Of a stretch of DNA of 64,000 nt, positions 39,986-50,422 are shown one piece after another (position 1 is the stretch's first letter; each line of letters opens with the position of its first letter). Source of the stretch: a virus. Lineage: Duplodnaviria; Caudoviricetes. The position numbers and the translations under genes were made by a program. The notes under the pieces were generated by a model that was not told the origin of the DNA, made no database searches, and saw only the letters and a program-made list of their open reading frames with translations. The stretch is from positions 1 to 64,000 of IMG/VR virus record IMGVR_UViG_3300029288_000106, one strand, 5' to 3'.

Positions 39986-41200
39986 ATGATAGAAAATATT
40001 GTGGTTAAAACAATGCAGGAACTAATCAATCTTCTCTATATATACACTAAAGAGAGAGATACATTAGATGAAGATTTGTCTAAATTGAATATTGATGATT
40101 TTGAAAGACTTAGAGCAGTAGTAGAAGTGCCTTATATCAAAGCAAAAATAAACCACATCGATGAGAAATCAAAATCAATCGATCAGACCACGTCCCCACA
40201 TCGATCAGACCACATCGATGAGAAATCAAAATCAATCGATCAGACCACGTCCCCACATCGATCAGACCACATCGATGAGAAATCAAAATCAATCGATCAG
40301 ACCACGTCCCCACATCGATCAGACCACGTCCCCACATCGATCAGACCTGTAAACTGCTGTGAGGATATTTATAATAAAATAAATAATAATAATATATATA
40401 ATAATATCCCCACAGCAAATCAATCTCACAGCAGTAGTCCCCACAGCAGTTGTGATGATCAAGTCGATGTGGTTACAGCTGCCCCTCCAGCGATCGACCA
40501 ATCCCACATCGATGAGAAATCAAAATCAATCGATCAGACCACAGCAAAAAAGAAGTCAACCACCGATGAGAATTCTATTGCTTATCAACTTACACAACTG
40601 CTACTTGATTTGATTTTAGAAAGACGACCCACCAGATTTGGCGGAGAATTAATTGAAAAGGGTGAAGCATATAAGAAAAAAATAAAATCATGGGTCGATT
40701 ATATGGATTACATTATTCGAATTGATAAACATGACCCAGAAAAAGTTCTTAATGTAATTTTGTGGTGCCAAAAAAATGAATTTTGGCAGAAAAATATTTT
40801 GTCTACAAGTAAATTGAGAGAACAGTACGGCAGACTTGAAGATTTAATGGATGCAGAAAATCCAACCACAGCAGAAATAACTGAAGATAAAAATTCACAA
40901 CTTACTATAGAAATTACATATGAATATGAAAAAGAAGTCCTTAATTCACCAAACCCAAATAATTGTCCAGTTGATTGGTCAGCTGAAAATAAAAAGAAAT
41001 TCATAAAAGCAGCTGAAAAAGCAAGAGAATTTGCAAACAAGTTTAAAATTAGACCAGAAAACATGGCTAAGTATTTAATCAGAGCATTAAAACAAAGTAA
41101 AATAGGATCTACACCTCTAGCTCCTGGTCATTTATGTTCAGATCATATGTGGACAGTAGTTATGCCACAATTTATTGATGAACTTGGATTGATTAATTAA
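39986..41200 (+). CDS. Replication initiator, lambda O-like
   Basis: WVDYMDYIIRID..WCQKNEFWQKNILSTSKLREQY resembles the lambda O C-terminus (FWSGNVLSPAKLRDKW); internal iterons; upstream of helicase. Confidence 0.75.
   Translation: MIENIVVKTMQELINLLYIYTKERDTLDEDLSKLNIDDFERLRAVVEVPYIKAKINHIDEKSKSIDQTTSPHRSDHIDEKSKSIDQTTSPHRSDHIDEKSKSIDQTTSPHRSDHVPTSIRPVNCCEDIYNKINNNNIYNNIPTANQSHSSSPHSSCDDQVDVVTAAPPAIDQSHIDEKSKSIDQTTAKKKSTTDENSIAYQLTQLLLDLILERRPTRFGGELIEKGEAYKKKIKSWVDYMDYIIRIDKHDPEKVLNVILWCQKNEFWQKNILSTSKLREQYGRLEDLMDAENPTTAEITEDKNSQLTIEITYEYEKEVLNSPNPNNCPVDWSAENKKKFIKAAEKAREFANKFKIRPENMAKYLIRALKQSKIGSTPLAPGHLCSDHMWTVVMPQFIDELGLIN
40152..40542. repeat. Iteron array/probable replication origin: 57-bp unit x3 plus partial copies
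   Basis: ACCACATCGATGAGAAATCAAAATCAATCGATCAGACCACGTCCCCACATCGATCAG repeated; AT-rich tract at 40365-40406. Confidence 0.8.
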
Positions 41201-41437
41201 ATGGCCTGTATAATTAAATTACCTTTACCAAGATCTAATATAAGTGAGATAGATCTCAATATTCATAAAATGACAGATCAAGCTCTCACAATCGCTCTTG
41301 CTATAGCAAATGGAGATAGAAACAAAGCTGCAGTAAAACTTGGTGTTTCACGAAGAACAGTAAATAGAATGATTGAAAAAAGATATAAAGAGGAGCAGAG
41401 ACTTGTGCAAAAAGAAAAAATATCTCAAGCCCGTTAA
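41201..41437 (+). CDS. Fis-like helix-turn-helix protein
   Basis: ALAIANGDRNKAAVKLGVSRRTV. Confidence 0.8.
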   Translation: MACIIKLPLPRSNISEIDLNIHKMTDQALTIALAIANGDRNKAAVKLGVSRRTVNRMIEKRYKEEQRLVQKEKISQAR

Positions 41438-41590
41438 AGCAGGAATTTTTCCTAAAGAAATGATAGAAATACAAAAAGAATTACATACAGAAATAGCCAA
41501 GCATTTTTCACTTCCTTTTAGTATTTTTATTTCAGATGAATCAATAAGGACTGCGTTGGAACTAAAAGGAAGACGTGCTTGAATACAAAT

Positions 41591-41638
41591 GTATTAACCT
41601 ATATGAAATCATTTAAGCACACGCGTGCTCCTAAGTTT
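41591..41638 (+). repeat. Copy of the dispersed CACGCGTG element
   Basis: GTATTAACC..ATCATT..CACGCGTGCTCCTAAGTTT. Confidence 0.75.
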
Positions 41639-41689
41639 TTACTATGTATAATAATTAGTGATAATCATTGTTAATTAGGATTTTTTGAA

Positions 41690-42010
41690 ATGAATATTCA
41701 AGAGATAATAAATAGCTTTAACTGGCTAGTTGAAGATTGTAAACATAGATTTGATGAAACTGAAATAACTCCTGAAAACTATAGCAAAGAATTAAAAGCT
41801 GCTATAGAAATTAAAAATAATCTCTTACTTAATCAAGACAAATTCGTATTAGTAGATCAAGAGTTTATACAAGCAGTTGCTACAATTGTTGAAAACAAAG
41901 AAATGCTTGATGAATTAACAAAAATTAAAAATTTTATGGAAAGCAACAAATTTGTTGATATGCTCAATAGTGGAAGCAAATCGTTAAATAAGCCTACTTC
42001 TCATGAATAA
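41690..42010 (+). CDS. Hypothetical protein
   Basis: ORF overlapping the helicase start. Confidence 0.55.
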   Translation: MNIQEIINSFNWLVEDCKHRFDETEITPENYSKELKAAIEIKNNLLLNQDKFVLVDQEFIQAVATIVENKEMLDELTKIKNFMESNKFVDMLNSGSKSLNKPTSHE

Positions 42011-43370
42011 TGATACTGTAAGTCAGCATCTACAAGATTGTTTTGTACTACTAGCAATTACTGATAATCATTTTCTTTCAATAGCTAGAAAAAGTGTTAA
42101 ACCCAGCTACTTCTCTACCATTGTTACAGAAGACATAATTCAAATATGCTATAGATATCATGATCAATTCAAGACAGCACCAAACGATCATTTTCACGAT
42201 GAATTAGTTCGATTTTTAGAAGGCAAAGCTCATAATGAACGAAAAAGATATGTAGACTATCTTGATGAGATTGTTAAACTTAATCTTCCAAGCAAAGAAT
42301 ATATTATATCTAGATTCAATACATTTATTAAAAGTCGAGAATTTACAGAGGCAGCTTTAAATTTTGTTGATCTAGTTGAAAAAGGAGAATTTGAACAAGG
42401 CCGAATGTTAATAACAAAAGCACTTAGAGCTGGTATGGGTAATACAGAAAAAATCCTTCGATACTTATCTTCTTCAACCCCTACTTATTACAATCCAGAT
42501 CATTATGAAGAACTTTTCACTGCTGGTTTTGGAGATATTGATAGATTTATAAAATTTCGACGAAAACAACTTATTTGTATTCTGGGTGGAGGAAAAGGAA
42601 AAAAGAGTTGGATATGTCATCATATATCTGTAAGAGGATTGTTGGCTGGGTTAAAAGTTTTATACATATCTCATGAATTATCTCAAGAAGAAGTAGAAAT
42701 GAGACATGATATGATGATAGGAGGATTAACATCTTCTCCAGCTTCAGAAGAAGTAGAATTTAATGTTTATGATAGATCTGGAGAAATTGTTAGAACAGAA
42801 ATCAAAACAGTTGATTCAGTGTTTAATAGAAAAAAAATTGAAGATGCTCGGGGCATAGCTAGAAAATTTGGTGGTGAATTGATAATCAAAAAATATCCAA
42901 TGGGTACGTGCACAATAGGAGAAATAGATAGACTTCTTGATCATCTGGAAGTGTTTGAAAAATTCATACCTGATATAATTATTAATGATTATCCAGATAT
43001 TATGAATATGCCTCATCCGTCAAGCACAACAAGAGATAGATTAAATGAAACATATATTGAACACAAGAGAATAGCTGATGAAAGAAATGTTATAGTATTT
43101 GTACCATCTCAGACAAATAGAATAGCTCTTGATCGGCCGAGATTAACAAAACAAGACATTGCTGAAGATATTCGAAAATTAGCAAATGTAGATATGATTC
43201 TTGCAGTTGCCCAAAGCAGTGATTTAAAAGCAGAAGGTAAGATGCGAGCAATGATAATAGCAGCTAGAAGTTCAGATGATGGAAAAAGCTGTTTATTTAG
43301 TCAAAACCTGAAAGCAGGATTAGTGGTAGGCGAAAATTGGCTTGAAGGATATGAAAAGACACAGCATTGA
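42003..43370 (+). CDS. DnaB/gp41-like replicative helicase
   Basis: ISHEL, IINDYPD, PSQTNR, IAEDIRK; variant Walker A GGGKGKKS. Confidence 0.8.
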   Translation: MNNDTVSQHLQDCFVLLAITDNHFLSIARKSVKPSYFSTIVTEDIIQICYRYHDQFKTAPNDHFHDELVRFLEGKAHNERKRYVDYLDEIVKLNLPSKEYIISRFNTFIKSREFTEAALNFVDLVEKGEFEQGRMLITKALRAGMGNTEKILRYLSSSTPTYYNPDHYEELFTAGFGDIDRFIKFRRKQLICILGGGKGKKSWICHHISVRGLLAGLKVLYISHELSQEEVEMRHDMMIGGLTSSPASEEVEFNVYDRSGEIVRTEIKTVDSVFNRKKIEDARGIARKFGGELIIKKYPMGTCTIGEIDRLLDHLEVFEKFIPDIIINDYPDIMNMPHPSSTTRDRLNETYIEHKRIADERNVIVFVPSQTNRIALDRPRLTKQDIAEDIRKLANVDMILAVAQSSDLKAEGKMRAMIIAARSSDDGKSCLFSQNLKAGLVVGENWLEGYEKTQH

Positions 43371-44784
43371 TTACAAATCATTAACACTAGATGACTTGAG
43401 AGAAATATTTCAGGGGGTTAACTTTCATGTCGAACCTTATTGGCATCAGTTTGTTACACTAGCTCATACAATAGGACAAAACCTGAATAGAATAGGATGC
43501 TTTCATCCAATAGGTTCAGGTAAGACATTAACAGGATTATGGATTAGTCAGTTATGGAAAGCTCAACGGATATTAGTTGTTTGTCCTAGATCTGCATATA
43601 GAGCTTGGCACAGAGATGTTAAACATACAAATTATAGTATCACTGAAATAGAAGGTGAAGCAGATGAAAGAAGAGCTAAAGTTAAAGAAGATAAAAATAT
43701 ATTTCTCATCAGATACGAAGGATTAAGAGTATTATATGGAATTAAAAACCCAGAAGGTGGATATAGAATAGGCCGAAACGCATTTAGAGATCTTCCAGGA
43801 TTTGATACCATAATATTTGACGAAGGACATAGATTCAGAAATTACAAAGCTTTACAATCTAAAATAGCACTTAGATTATCTGCTCAAAGCAAAAATGTTA
43901 TTGTAACTACAGGAACTCCGATCGATAGACTACTTCAAGAAATCTGGAATGTAATGCGAGTTGTTGATCTTGGAGATTGTTTAGGAAGTAATCCGCTATT
44001 TTTTAGAGATAGATATTTTTTTCAAGCTGGTTATGAGTGGATACCAAGAAAACGAGCCGAAGAACAAATACTAGATAAAATTTCTCCTGTCGTCACCACA
44101 TTTAAAAGGGAAGAATGTTTTGATGTACCACAAGAAACATCTTTAGTTCGGCCTATACCACCATCTAAAAAACAAATAGAATTATTGAATGTAATAACAG
44201 ATAGTCTAAAAAATGAAGTAGATAAACCAGGAGATATACTGGTAAAAACAATAAAATTAAGACAAGTTGCTGGAGGATTTCTTCCAGAATTTGGAATAAT
44301 TAAAGACAATCCAAAGCTTGTAGTCCTCGAAGAACTTGTAGGAGAAATAAAAGGAAAGATTGTCGTTTTTCATCAATTTACAGAAGAAGGACATATTCTT
44401 GAAGATTGGGCAAGAAGTAAAAATTTAGGTTTTGCTTCTGTTAGAGGAGAGATTAAAGATAAAACTAGAGATACTGAAATTGAAAAGTTTGTAAGTGATA
44501 AAAAAGTTGTATTTCTTTTTGCCAACACAGCTTGTGCAGGAGAATCACTTGATCTAACAGTTTCTAACACAATTGTATTTTATTCTAACGGATATTCGTT
44601 ACTTCAGCGCAAACAGGCTGAAGGAAGAATATGCAGAAGAGGCCAAACAAAACCGTGTACATATATTGATCTTGTGATTGAAGGAAGTATTGATGAAATA
44701 ATAATATCTAGAATTGAAGATAAAAAAGAATTAACTAATCGTATTTTAGAATATATTAGAACGTATGGCCAGAGAAATAACTAA
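43342..44784 (+). CDS. SF2 (SNF2-like) helicase
   Basis: GSGKT, DEGH, TGTP, QAEGRICRRGQ. Confidence 0.9.
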   Translation: MKDMKRHSIDYKSLTLDDLREIFQGVNFHVEPYWHQFVTLAHTIGQNLNRIGCFHPIGSGKTLTGLWISQLWKAQRILVVCPRSAYRAWHRDVKHTNYSITEIEGEADERRAKVKEDKNIFLIRYEGLRVLYGIKNPEGGYRIGRNAFRDLPGFDTIIFDEGHRFRNYKALQSKIALRLSAQSKNVIVTTGTPIDRLLQEIWNVMRVVDLGDCLGSNPLFFRDRYFFQAGYEWIPRKRAEEQILDKISPVVTTFKREECFDVPQETSLVRPIPPSKKQIELLNVITDSLKNEVDKPGDILVKTIKLRQVAGGFLPEFGIIKDNPKLVVLEELVGEIKGKIVVFHQFTEEGHILEDWARSKNLGFASVRGEIKDKTRDTEIEKFVSDKKVVFLFANTACAGESLDLTVSNTIVFYSNGYSLLQRKQAEGRICRRGQTKPCTYIDLVIEGSIDEIIISRIEDKKELTNRILEYIRTYGQRNN

Positions 44785-45697
44785 CAAAAAAATTATTCAA
44801 ATACTTGAAAGTCTTGATATTGAATACTGGACAGCTGGGAATAATGTATCGCTTGATTCTGTAAATATTCAGTGTATATTCTGTGATGATCATTCTAACC
44901 ACCTTGGTATATTCTTTCCTTCTGGTATATTTCACTGTTGGAGATGTAACAAGAAAGGGTATTTTGAGATTATAATTCAAAAAATTAAACAATGCACATA
45001 TGAAGAAGCAGAAAAATTAATAACAGAAGGACAATCGTTTAAAAAATCAGCAATAGAACAAATAAAAGAGAAAATGCAACCAAAATTAAATACCACAGAA
45101 AATAAAAAGTTTGAAATAAAAGGAATAGCACTTCCCAAAGAAGCAAAACCAGTTGGATTTTTTAAAGGCGAAGCACTGCTCGAAAACTTTCTTCGAAGAA
45201 GAAAACTTACATTAGAAACATGCACAAAATATAATTGTTATGTATGTGAAGGAGGAGAATATTGTAGTCGAATGATAATACCAGTTTTCTTTCAAGGCAT
45301 AATGGTTAGCTTCCAAGCAGCTGATATGACCAAAACATCAGCAACTAAATACAAATCACTTGGAAATGTTGATTTGAATAGCTTTCTCTATAACTATGAT
45401 AATATTACAGACAGAATTATAATTACTGAAGGTGTATTTGACTGCTGGCGAGTTGGAAAAGATGCAGTTGCAACGTTTGGAACACATATAACTGAGAGAC
45501 AGCTTGATCTTATTGAACAGAAAAAACCAAAAGAGATTATACTTGCTTGGGACAACGACGCTTATGTGAAAGCATTAAAACAGGCAAGAAAACTACCTCG
45601 ATGCAGTAAAATACGAGTATTGAGATTGCCTCGAGGAGAAGACCCAGATAGTTTAGGAAGTGAAGCAATGTGGAGACTTATTGATGCAGCTAACTAA
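44765..45697 (+). CDS. DNA primase (Zn finger plus Toprim)
   Basis: CIFC..CWRC, TEGVFD, AWDNDA, GEDP. Confidence 0.88.
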   Translation: MAREITNKKIIQILESLDIEYWTAGNNVSLDSVNIQCIFCDDHSNHLGIFFPSGIFHCWRCNKKGYFEIIIQKIKQCTYEEAEKLITEGQSFKKSAIEQIKEKMQPKLNTTENKKFEIKGIALPKEAKPVGFFKGEALLENFLRRRKLTLETCTKYNCYVCEGGEYCSRMIIPVFFQGIMVSFQAADMTKTSATKYKSLGNVDLNSFLYNYDNITDRIIITEGVFDCWRVGKDAVATFGTHITERQLDLIEQKKPKEIILAWDNDAYVKALKQARKLPRCSKIRVLRLPRGEDPDSLGSEAMWRLIDAAN

Positions 45698-46193
45698 TGC
45701 AACTAAAATAAGAATTGGTATAGTTTTTGAAGGAAGAACAAAAGAAACAGCAGAAGGATTAGCTGCCACACAAGAACTTCTTGACTATCTTAAGCTAAAA
45801 TATGATATATTAGGCCTCAAAAAAGAAGTAAAAGATACTTTAAACGGAATTCAAATCATAACTAAATCTTGGCTTGAAAAAGGAGAATATCAAAACACTA
45901 TTCAAAAAATACTTAAAGCACTTCAACCATATATTAACTTCGTATACACAGATATTTTGCAAGAAAAATACACAACCAAAACAAATAAAATTGCTAGAGA
46001 TTTTATTGTTTATATACTTATATTCAAATTTGGATATTCAAGAACTGAAGTTGGAAGTATTTTTAATAAATCAGAAGTTTTAATTCGTCGTATATTACGT
46101 AGATTTGATACAACCGACACAGGATTATGCAAAGATGTAGAATTAAAAGATATATATAATTTTGTGAATACTAGATATAAAAATGAATGCTGA
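45660..46193 (+). CDS. HTH protein, C-terminus resembles DnaA domain IV
   Basis: ARDFIVYIL..GYSRTEVGSIFNK. Confidence 0.5.
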   Translation: MKQCGDLLMQLTNATKIRIGIVFEGRTKETAEGLAATQELLDYLKLKYDILGLKKEVKDTLNGIQIITKSWLEKGEYQNTIQKILKALQPYINFVYTDILQEKYTTKTNKIARDFIVYILIFKFGYSRTEVGSIFNKSEVLIRRILRRFDTTDTGLCKDVELKDIYNFVNTRYKNEC

Positions 46194-46977
46194 AATAATT
46201 CAAAGTCTATTAACTGCCAGATCTGATAATGATATATACATCGCTGAATGTTGTGTCAATGAATGTCGATTAGACGGCTGGGCTATACGAAAGTCTTATT
46301 CTAATCCACTCACAATAGGTTATGAAATCAAAATAAGTAAATCAGATTTTTTGACAGATAAAAAATGGACTGGCTATTTGTCATATTGTAATGAATTGTA
46401 CTTTGTTTGTCCGTCTCATCTTATACAGCCAAATGAAGTGGGAGAACAAGTAGGATTGATGTGGGTAGCATCAACTGGAACAAGAATTTATACAAAGAAA
46501 AAAGCTACCTACAGAATTGTAGAAGATAAGTATATTAATCAAATTTTGAGATCAGTACTTTTTAATAGATGTGTAGTTAGAGAAAATTATTGGGGTAATG
46601 CACAGCCAGACAAATCAACGTTTTGGAAAAGATGGTTGCAGAAAAAAGACGAAGATAAAGAATTAGGCTGGAATGTTAGTGAAAAAGTAAGACAATTAGT
46701 TGAAGAGCGTGTTGATAAAGTGAAAAGGGAAAATAGTAGCTTAAGAAGAAAAATTGAAGAATTTAAACGCCTTGAAGAATTACTAATAAAACTTAATTTT
46801 AATCCTGAATATTTTGATTTGAATGAAGTTCAAAATCGTATTAAAGGAGCAATACCCAAAGATTTACTTTGGACAATTGATCAAGTTATAGATAGACTTG
46901 ATCGAACAAAGAAAAAACTATTACTTTTAGAAAGGACAAAAGCAGATGGACAAAACACAGATGACCCAAGGAATTGA
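46183..46977 (+). CDS. MmcB-like PD-(D/E)XK nuclease
   Basis: RLDGWAI..GYEIKISKSDFLTD.KW..Y..YCNELYFVCP. Confidence 0.8.
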   Translation: MNAEIIQSLLTARSDNDIYIAECCVNECRLDGWAIRKSYSNPLTIGYEIKISKSDFLTDKKWTGYLSYCNELYFVCPSHLIQPNEVGEQVGLMWVASTGTRIYTKKKATYRIVEDKYINQILRSVLFNRCVVRENYWGNAQPDKSTFWKRWLQKKDEDKELGWNVSEKVRQLVEERVDKVKRENSSLRRKIEEFKRLEELLIKLNFNPEYFDLNEVQNRIKGAIPKDLLWTIDQVIDRLDRTKKKLLLLERTKADGQNTDDPRN

Positions 46978-47497
46978 GATGTTTCTTAAAGGCGCAGGAA
47001 TTGATTTAACAAATGAACATTTCCAGAAAACTCCAGCTAGAGTTACTAAAGCTTTTGCTGAGACATTTTTATCTGGATACGAAATGAATATTCAATCAAT
47101 CCTCGAAACAACATTTACTGAAAATAAATATGATCAGATGGTAGTAATAAGTAATATACCATTCTGTAGTATGTGTGCACACCATTTGCTTCCTTTCTAT
47201 GGTCATGCGAAGATCGGATATTTACCAGATGGTAAAGTCTGTGGCTTATCAAAATTAGCTAGAGCATTAGAAGTACACTCGCGAAGATTACAAATTCAAG
47301 AAAAGCTTACCCAAGATCTTGCTGAAGATCTAATGAAGTATCTCAAACCTAAAGGCGTTGGAATTATTTTAGAAGCTGTTCATTTGTGCATGACAGAGCG
47401 AGGAGTGATGAAATCAGGAAGTTTAACAAAAACATCTTGTTTACTTGGTGCATTTAGAGACGATGCATCAACACGACAAGAATTCTTGTCTTTCTAA
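46946..47497 (+). CDS. folE: GTP cyclohydrolase I
   Basis: TPARV, SMCAHHLLPFYG, GLSKLAR, RLQIQE, HLCMTERG. Confidence 0.95.
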   Translation: MDKTQMTQGIEMFLKGAGIDLTNEHFQKTPARVTKAFAETFLSGYEMNIQSILETTFTENKYDQMVVISNIPFCSMCAHHLLPFYGHAKIGYLPDGKVCGLSKLARALEVHSRRLQIQEKLTQDLAEDLMKYLKPKGVGIILEAVHLCMTERGVMKSGSLTKTSCLLGAFRDDASTRQEFLSF

Positions 47498-47532
47498 AAA
47501 ATATTCATAAAATAAATAAAATTCTATACTTA

Positions 47533-47568
47533 TTTTCTTGATTTTTATAAAATATATACTATAATATA
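47533..47568 (+). promoter_or_regulatory. Sigma70-like early promoter (repeated motif)
   Basis: TTGATT(47538)-N16-TATAAT(47560). Confidence 0.75.
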
Positions 47569-47571
47569 AGT

Positions 47572-48264
47572 ATGAATAAAAATAATAATTTTAGGGACAA
47601 TAAAATGACAGAAGAAAATATACAACCAACTCAAAGATTTAAACTAGGAGATAAAGTTGTTGTTGCTGCAAGTGGAACAGGTTGGAGAAAATGGACAAAA
47701 GGCGAGGTTACAGGTCTAACTCAATCTAATGATTCTCCTCCAGTACAAATAGAATGTATAATTAAAGATATCAAAGGTAGGTATAAAAGGTTTTATCCTC
47801 ATCAACTTGAACACGATCGTACTCCAGGCTTGAATGAAAAACAAGCACCAAAAAACGATCTCAAATCTTACTTTGATATTATTGAAAAACAAGGCAAAGA
47901 AAAGCAAGAAGAATACAACGTGCTTCGACAGCAGTATCAAGAATTAGAAAAAACGGCACCTGCTTTCATACTATCATCTGATGTTGATGATACTTGTAAA
48001 CTGAAAGGTTTCAGAGTTAAGGGTGGTGTACATGTTATTCCACTAGTTAAGGCTAGTAATAGACTAAACATGACCCAAATAACATCATATTCTGATGAAT
48101 TTATTGAAAAGTTACACAGCTTAATTCATACAGAAGATGAACGACTTCGCAATGCATGGGAAGTATTAACAGAAGCAATACATAATAAAGAATTACCAAC
48201 AAGAGATGCAACGATGACCAGAGCTTTACAAGATATAGGAGTTTATCTTGGAATTGTAAAATGA
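47572..48264 (+). CDS. Hypothetical protein with N-terminal KOW/SH3-like domain
   Basis: FKLGDKVVV..KGEVTG. Confidence 0.55.
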   Translation: MNKNNNFRDNKMTEENIQPTQRFKLGDKVVVAASGTGWRKWTKGEVTGLTQSNDSPPVQIECIIKDIKGRYKRFYPHQLEHDRTPGLNEKQAPKNDLKSYFDIIEKQGKEKQEEYNVLRQQYQELEKTAPAFILSSDVDDTCKLKGFRVKGGVHVIPLVKASNRLNMTQITSYSDEFIEKLHSLIHTEDERLRNAWEVLTEAIHNKELPTRDATMTRALQDIGVYLGIVK

Positions 48265-48722
48265 TTATTGAAGACTTTATGAAAAAAAGTGAAAATATTA
48301 GACTCTCTAGTATCAATCGATGGATGGTTTTTGATAGTAACTGCTGGATTGTATATGAGCACAAGCACAATGCAAAGCAAACCCAAATCCTTATTAAAAC
48401 TCCTAATCTTGATGAAGCATTAACTATTTTAATAGTAGAATAAAATAGGCTAATTTACTTGATAGATTATTTTCTTAATTAAATAAGGAGAACTAAACAT
48501 GATAACCACGATTATAGCAATAACTTATAGTATAGGTTATATAATAACAGCAATCATATATAGACGAACACTAGAAGAAGATCAAGCACAAAGAATAGAA
48601 GAAATGCTTATGGTATTTGTTGTAAGTCTTATGTGGCCAATAACACTTCTTGTTTTTATAACAAACCAAATTTCAAAATTAGGTATGAAAACAAAACAAT
48701 AAACTTTTTGAAAGGAAAAGAA

Positions 48723-49214
48723 ATGTACAGAACAACTCTAAAACTTCTTAGTGTCGTTGCTTTAGCTCTTGTAATTGCAGTATTAGCTCAACACATCAAC
48801 AGCAATCAAATATTAATGCAAACTGAAATACAAAATCCTCAAATCAATACTGTCTATCCTGAATGGATAGTTGTCAAAAATGCTGTTGTTACAGCATACT
48901 GTCCATGCAGTAAATGCTGTGAAAAATATGCAGATGGTATAACAGCTAGTGGTCATAAAATTAAATATAATGACAAGCTTGTAGCTGCTAATTCTAGCTA
49001 TGAATTTGGAACTCAAATTTACATACCAGGATATAGTTCAAAAGCTGTGGAAGTTCAAGACAGAGGTGGAGCTTTTGAAGAGCATACTGATCGATTTGAT
49101 GTATTATTTTATGAAAAATCTCGAGATTCTAAATTAACAGATTTAGAATGGTCGCATCAGAAAGCTTTGCAATGGGGTCGAGTAACTTGTGATGTTTTTG
49201 TGAAAAATAAATAA
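48723..49214 (+). CDS. 3D-domain protein (putative peptidoglycan lytic enzyme) with signal anchor
   Basis: VTAYC..GITASG..VAA..GTQIYIPG..VQDRGGA..RFDV. Confidence 0.85.
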   Translation: MYRTTLKLLSVVALALVIAVLAQHINSNQILMQTEIQNPQINTVYPEWIVVKNAVVTAYCPCSKCCEKYADGITASGHKIKYNDKLVAANSSYEFGTQIYIPGYSSKAVEVQDRGGAFEEHTDRFDVLFYEKSRDSKLTDLEWSHQKALQWGRVTCDVFVKNK

Positions 49215-49442
49215 AATGCTAAATTATATAACCAGAAAATTACTTAATCGATGCACTATACAACAAAAAAATAAGCAAAATACTAATAACTGTATTAAAA
49301 TATTAGAACAAATAAAACCAACCCACTTTATTATATATTATTTTATTAAGAAAACGCGAATTGGAAAATGGCTTGAAAAAAGATGGACAAAAAATATACA
49401 TAAACAAATAGCTTGCAATATAAGATAAAATATTTTTAAGAA

Positions 49443-49478
49443 TTTTCTTGATTTTTATAAAATATATATTATAATATA
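49443..49478 (+). promoter_or_regulatory. Sigma70-like early promoter (repeated motif)
   Basis: TTGATT(49448)-N16-TATAAT(49470). Confidence 0.75.
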
Positions 49479-49522
49479 GTTATAATCAAAAGTTAATAAC
49501 AACTATATAAAGGGAAATAAAA

Positions 49523-49963
49523 ATGGAAGCTGTGAAAACGTATCTAGAAAAAAGAATTTCACTTATAGAAAGTCAAATGTGTGAAGTGAAAGAAAAGATC
49601 AATACAAATTCGTATCATTATATTTTATTCTGGAATGTAATTGAAGACGCTGCAGCACTTGAATATGAATTAGCTTTTCTCAATAGTTGGCTTGATTATA
49701 TTAAGAATAAAAAAATCATGCTTAACCTATTAACTACAGGTATTACACAGAGAATAGATGATATTGAACGTAATCTGCTTGGAAATTGTTTCGGAACTAC
49801 CTTGGGTCCAGGAGAAGGGCCTTGGAAATCAAATTCAACAAGTCCAGGATCAAATAGATGGAATATAATTCAATGTGATTGCCAAAGACAAGAAAGATTC
49901 ATACTGAAAAAAATGCTTGTAATTATTGAAGAAAACCAGGAGCCAAAATGTCAAACTGTATAA
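49523..49963 (+). CDS. Hypothetical early protein
   Basis: ORF with RBS downstream of promoter. Confidence 0.55.
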   Translation: MEAVKTYLEKRISLIESQMCEVKEKINTNSYHYILFWNVIEDAAALEYELAFLNSWLDYIKNKKIMLNLLTTGITQRIDDIERNLLGNCFGTTLGPGEGPWKSNSTSPGSNRWNIIQCDCQRQERFILKKMLVIIEENQEPKCQTV

Positions 49964-50337
49964 TATTTGATAATCCAATAATACAAATACCAGTAATAGC
50001 AGTTAATCTACATAAAGTTAAAGAAATACTGGCACTCGGAGATGTTACATATAAAACATCTCCTAAACAGAATGAAATTGGCACAATTGCTTATCTTGCA
50101 TGGTGGTTTTTTAATTCCTCAAATGTTGATCTTGCTGTTGATAGTGTAGAAATTACGCTTGGAATAGCCAGATCAAGCCACACTTGGCGAGATTTCAAAG
50201 GTTTGTTAGAATGTATTATTAAACCATTTATGATCAGATCATATGTTGTTACACTTGAAATTCGAGATGAATGCGATGATTTTGAACAAGTATCAAAATT
50301 AACTATTGACTTACAAAGCCCAGAGAAAAGCTTATGA
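49948..50337 (+). CDS. Hypothetical protein
   Basis: ORF. Confidence 0.5.
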   Translation: MSNCIIFDNPIIQIPVIAVNLHKVKEILALGDVTYKTSPKQNEIGTIAYLAWWFFNSSNVDLAVDSVEITLGIARSSHTWRDFKGLLECIIKPFMIRSYVVTLEIRDECDDFEQVSKLTIDLQSPEKSL

Positions 50338-50422
50338 AAAAAATAAAATTCAAATCGTTTTCATTGAAACCAACAAAAACCAGAAAGACAACAGTATTAA
50401 AAGTTGAATACGAAGAAATAGA

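Noticed and set aside
40152-40542. CRISPR array
   Set aside because: Units are identical tandem repeats with no unique spacers, in frame within a gene; no cas genes.
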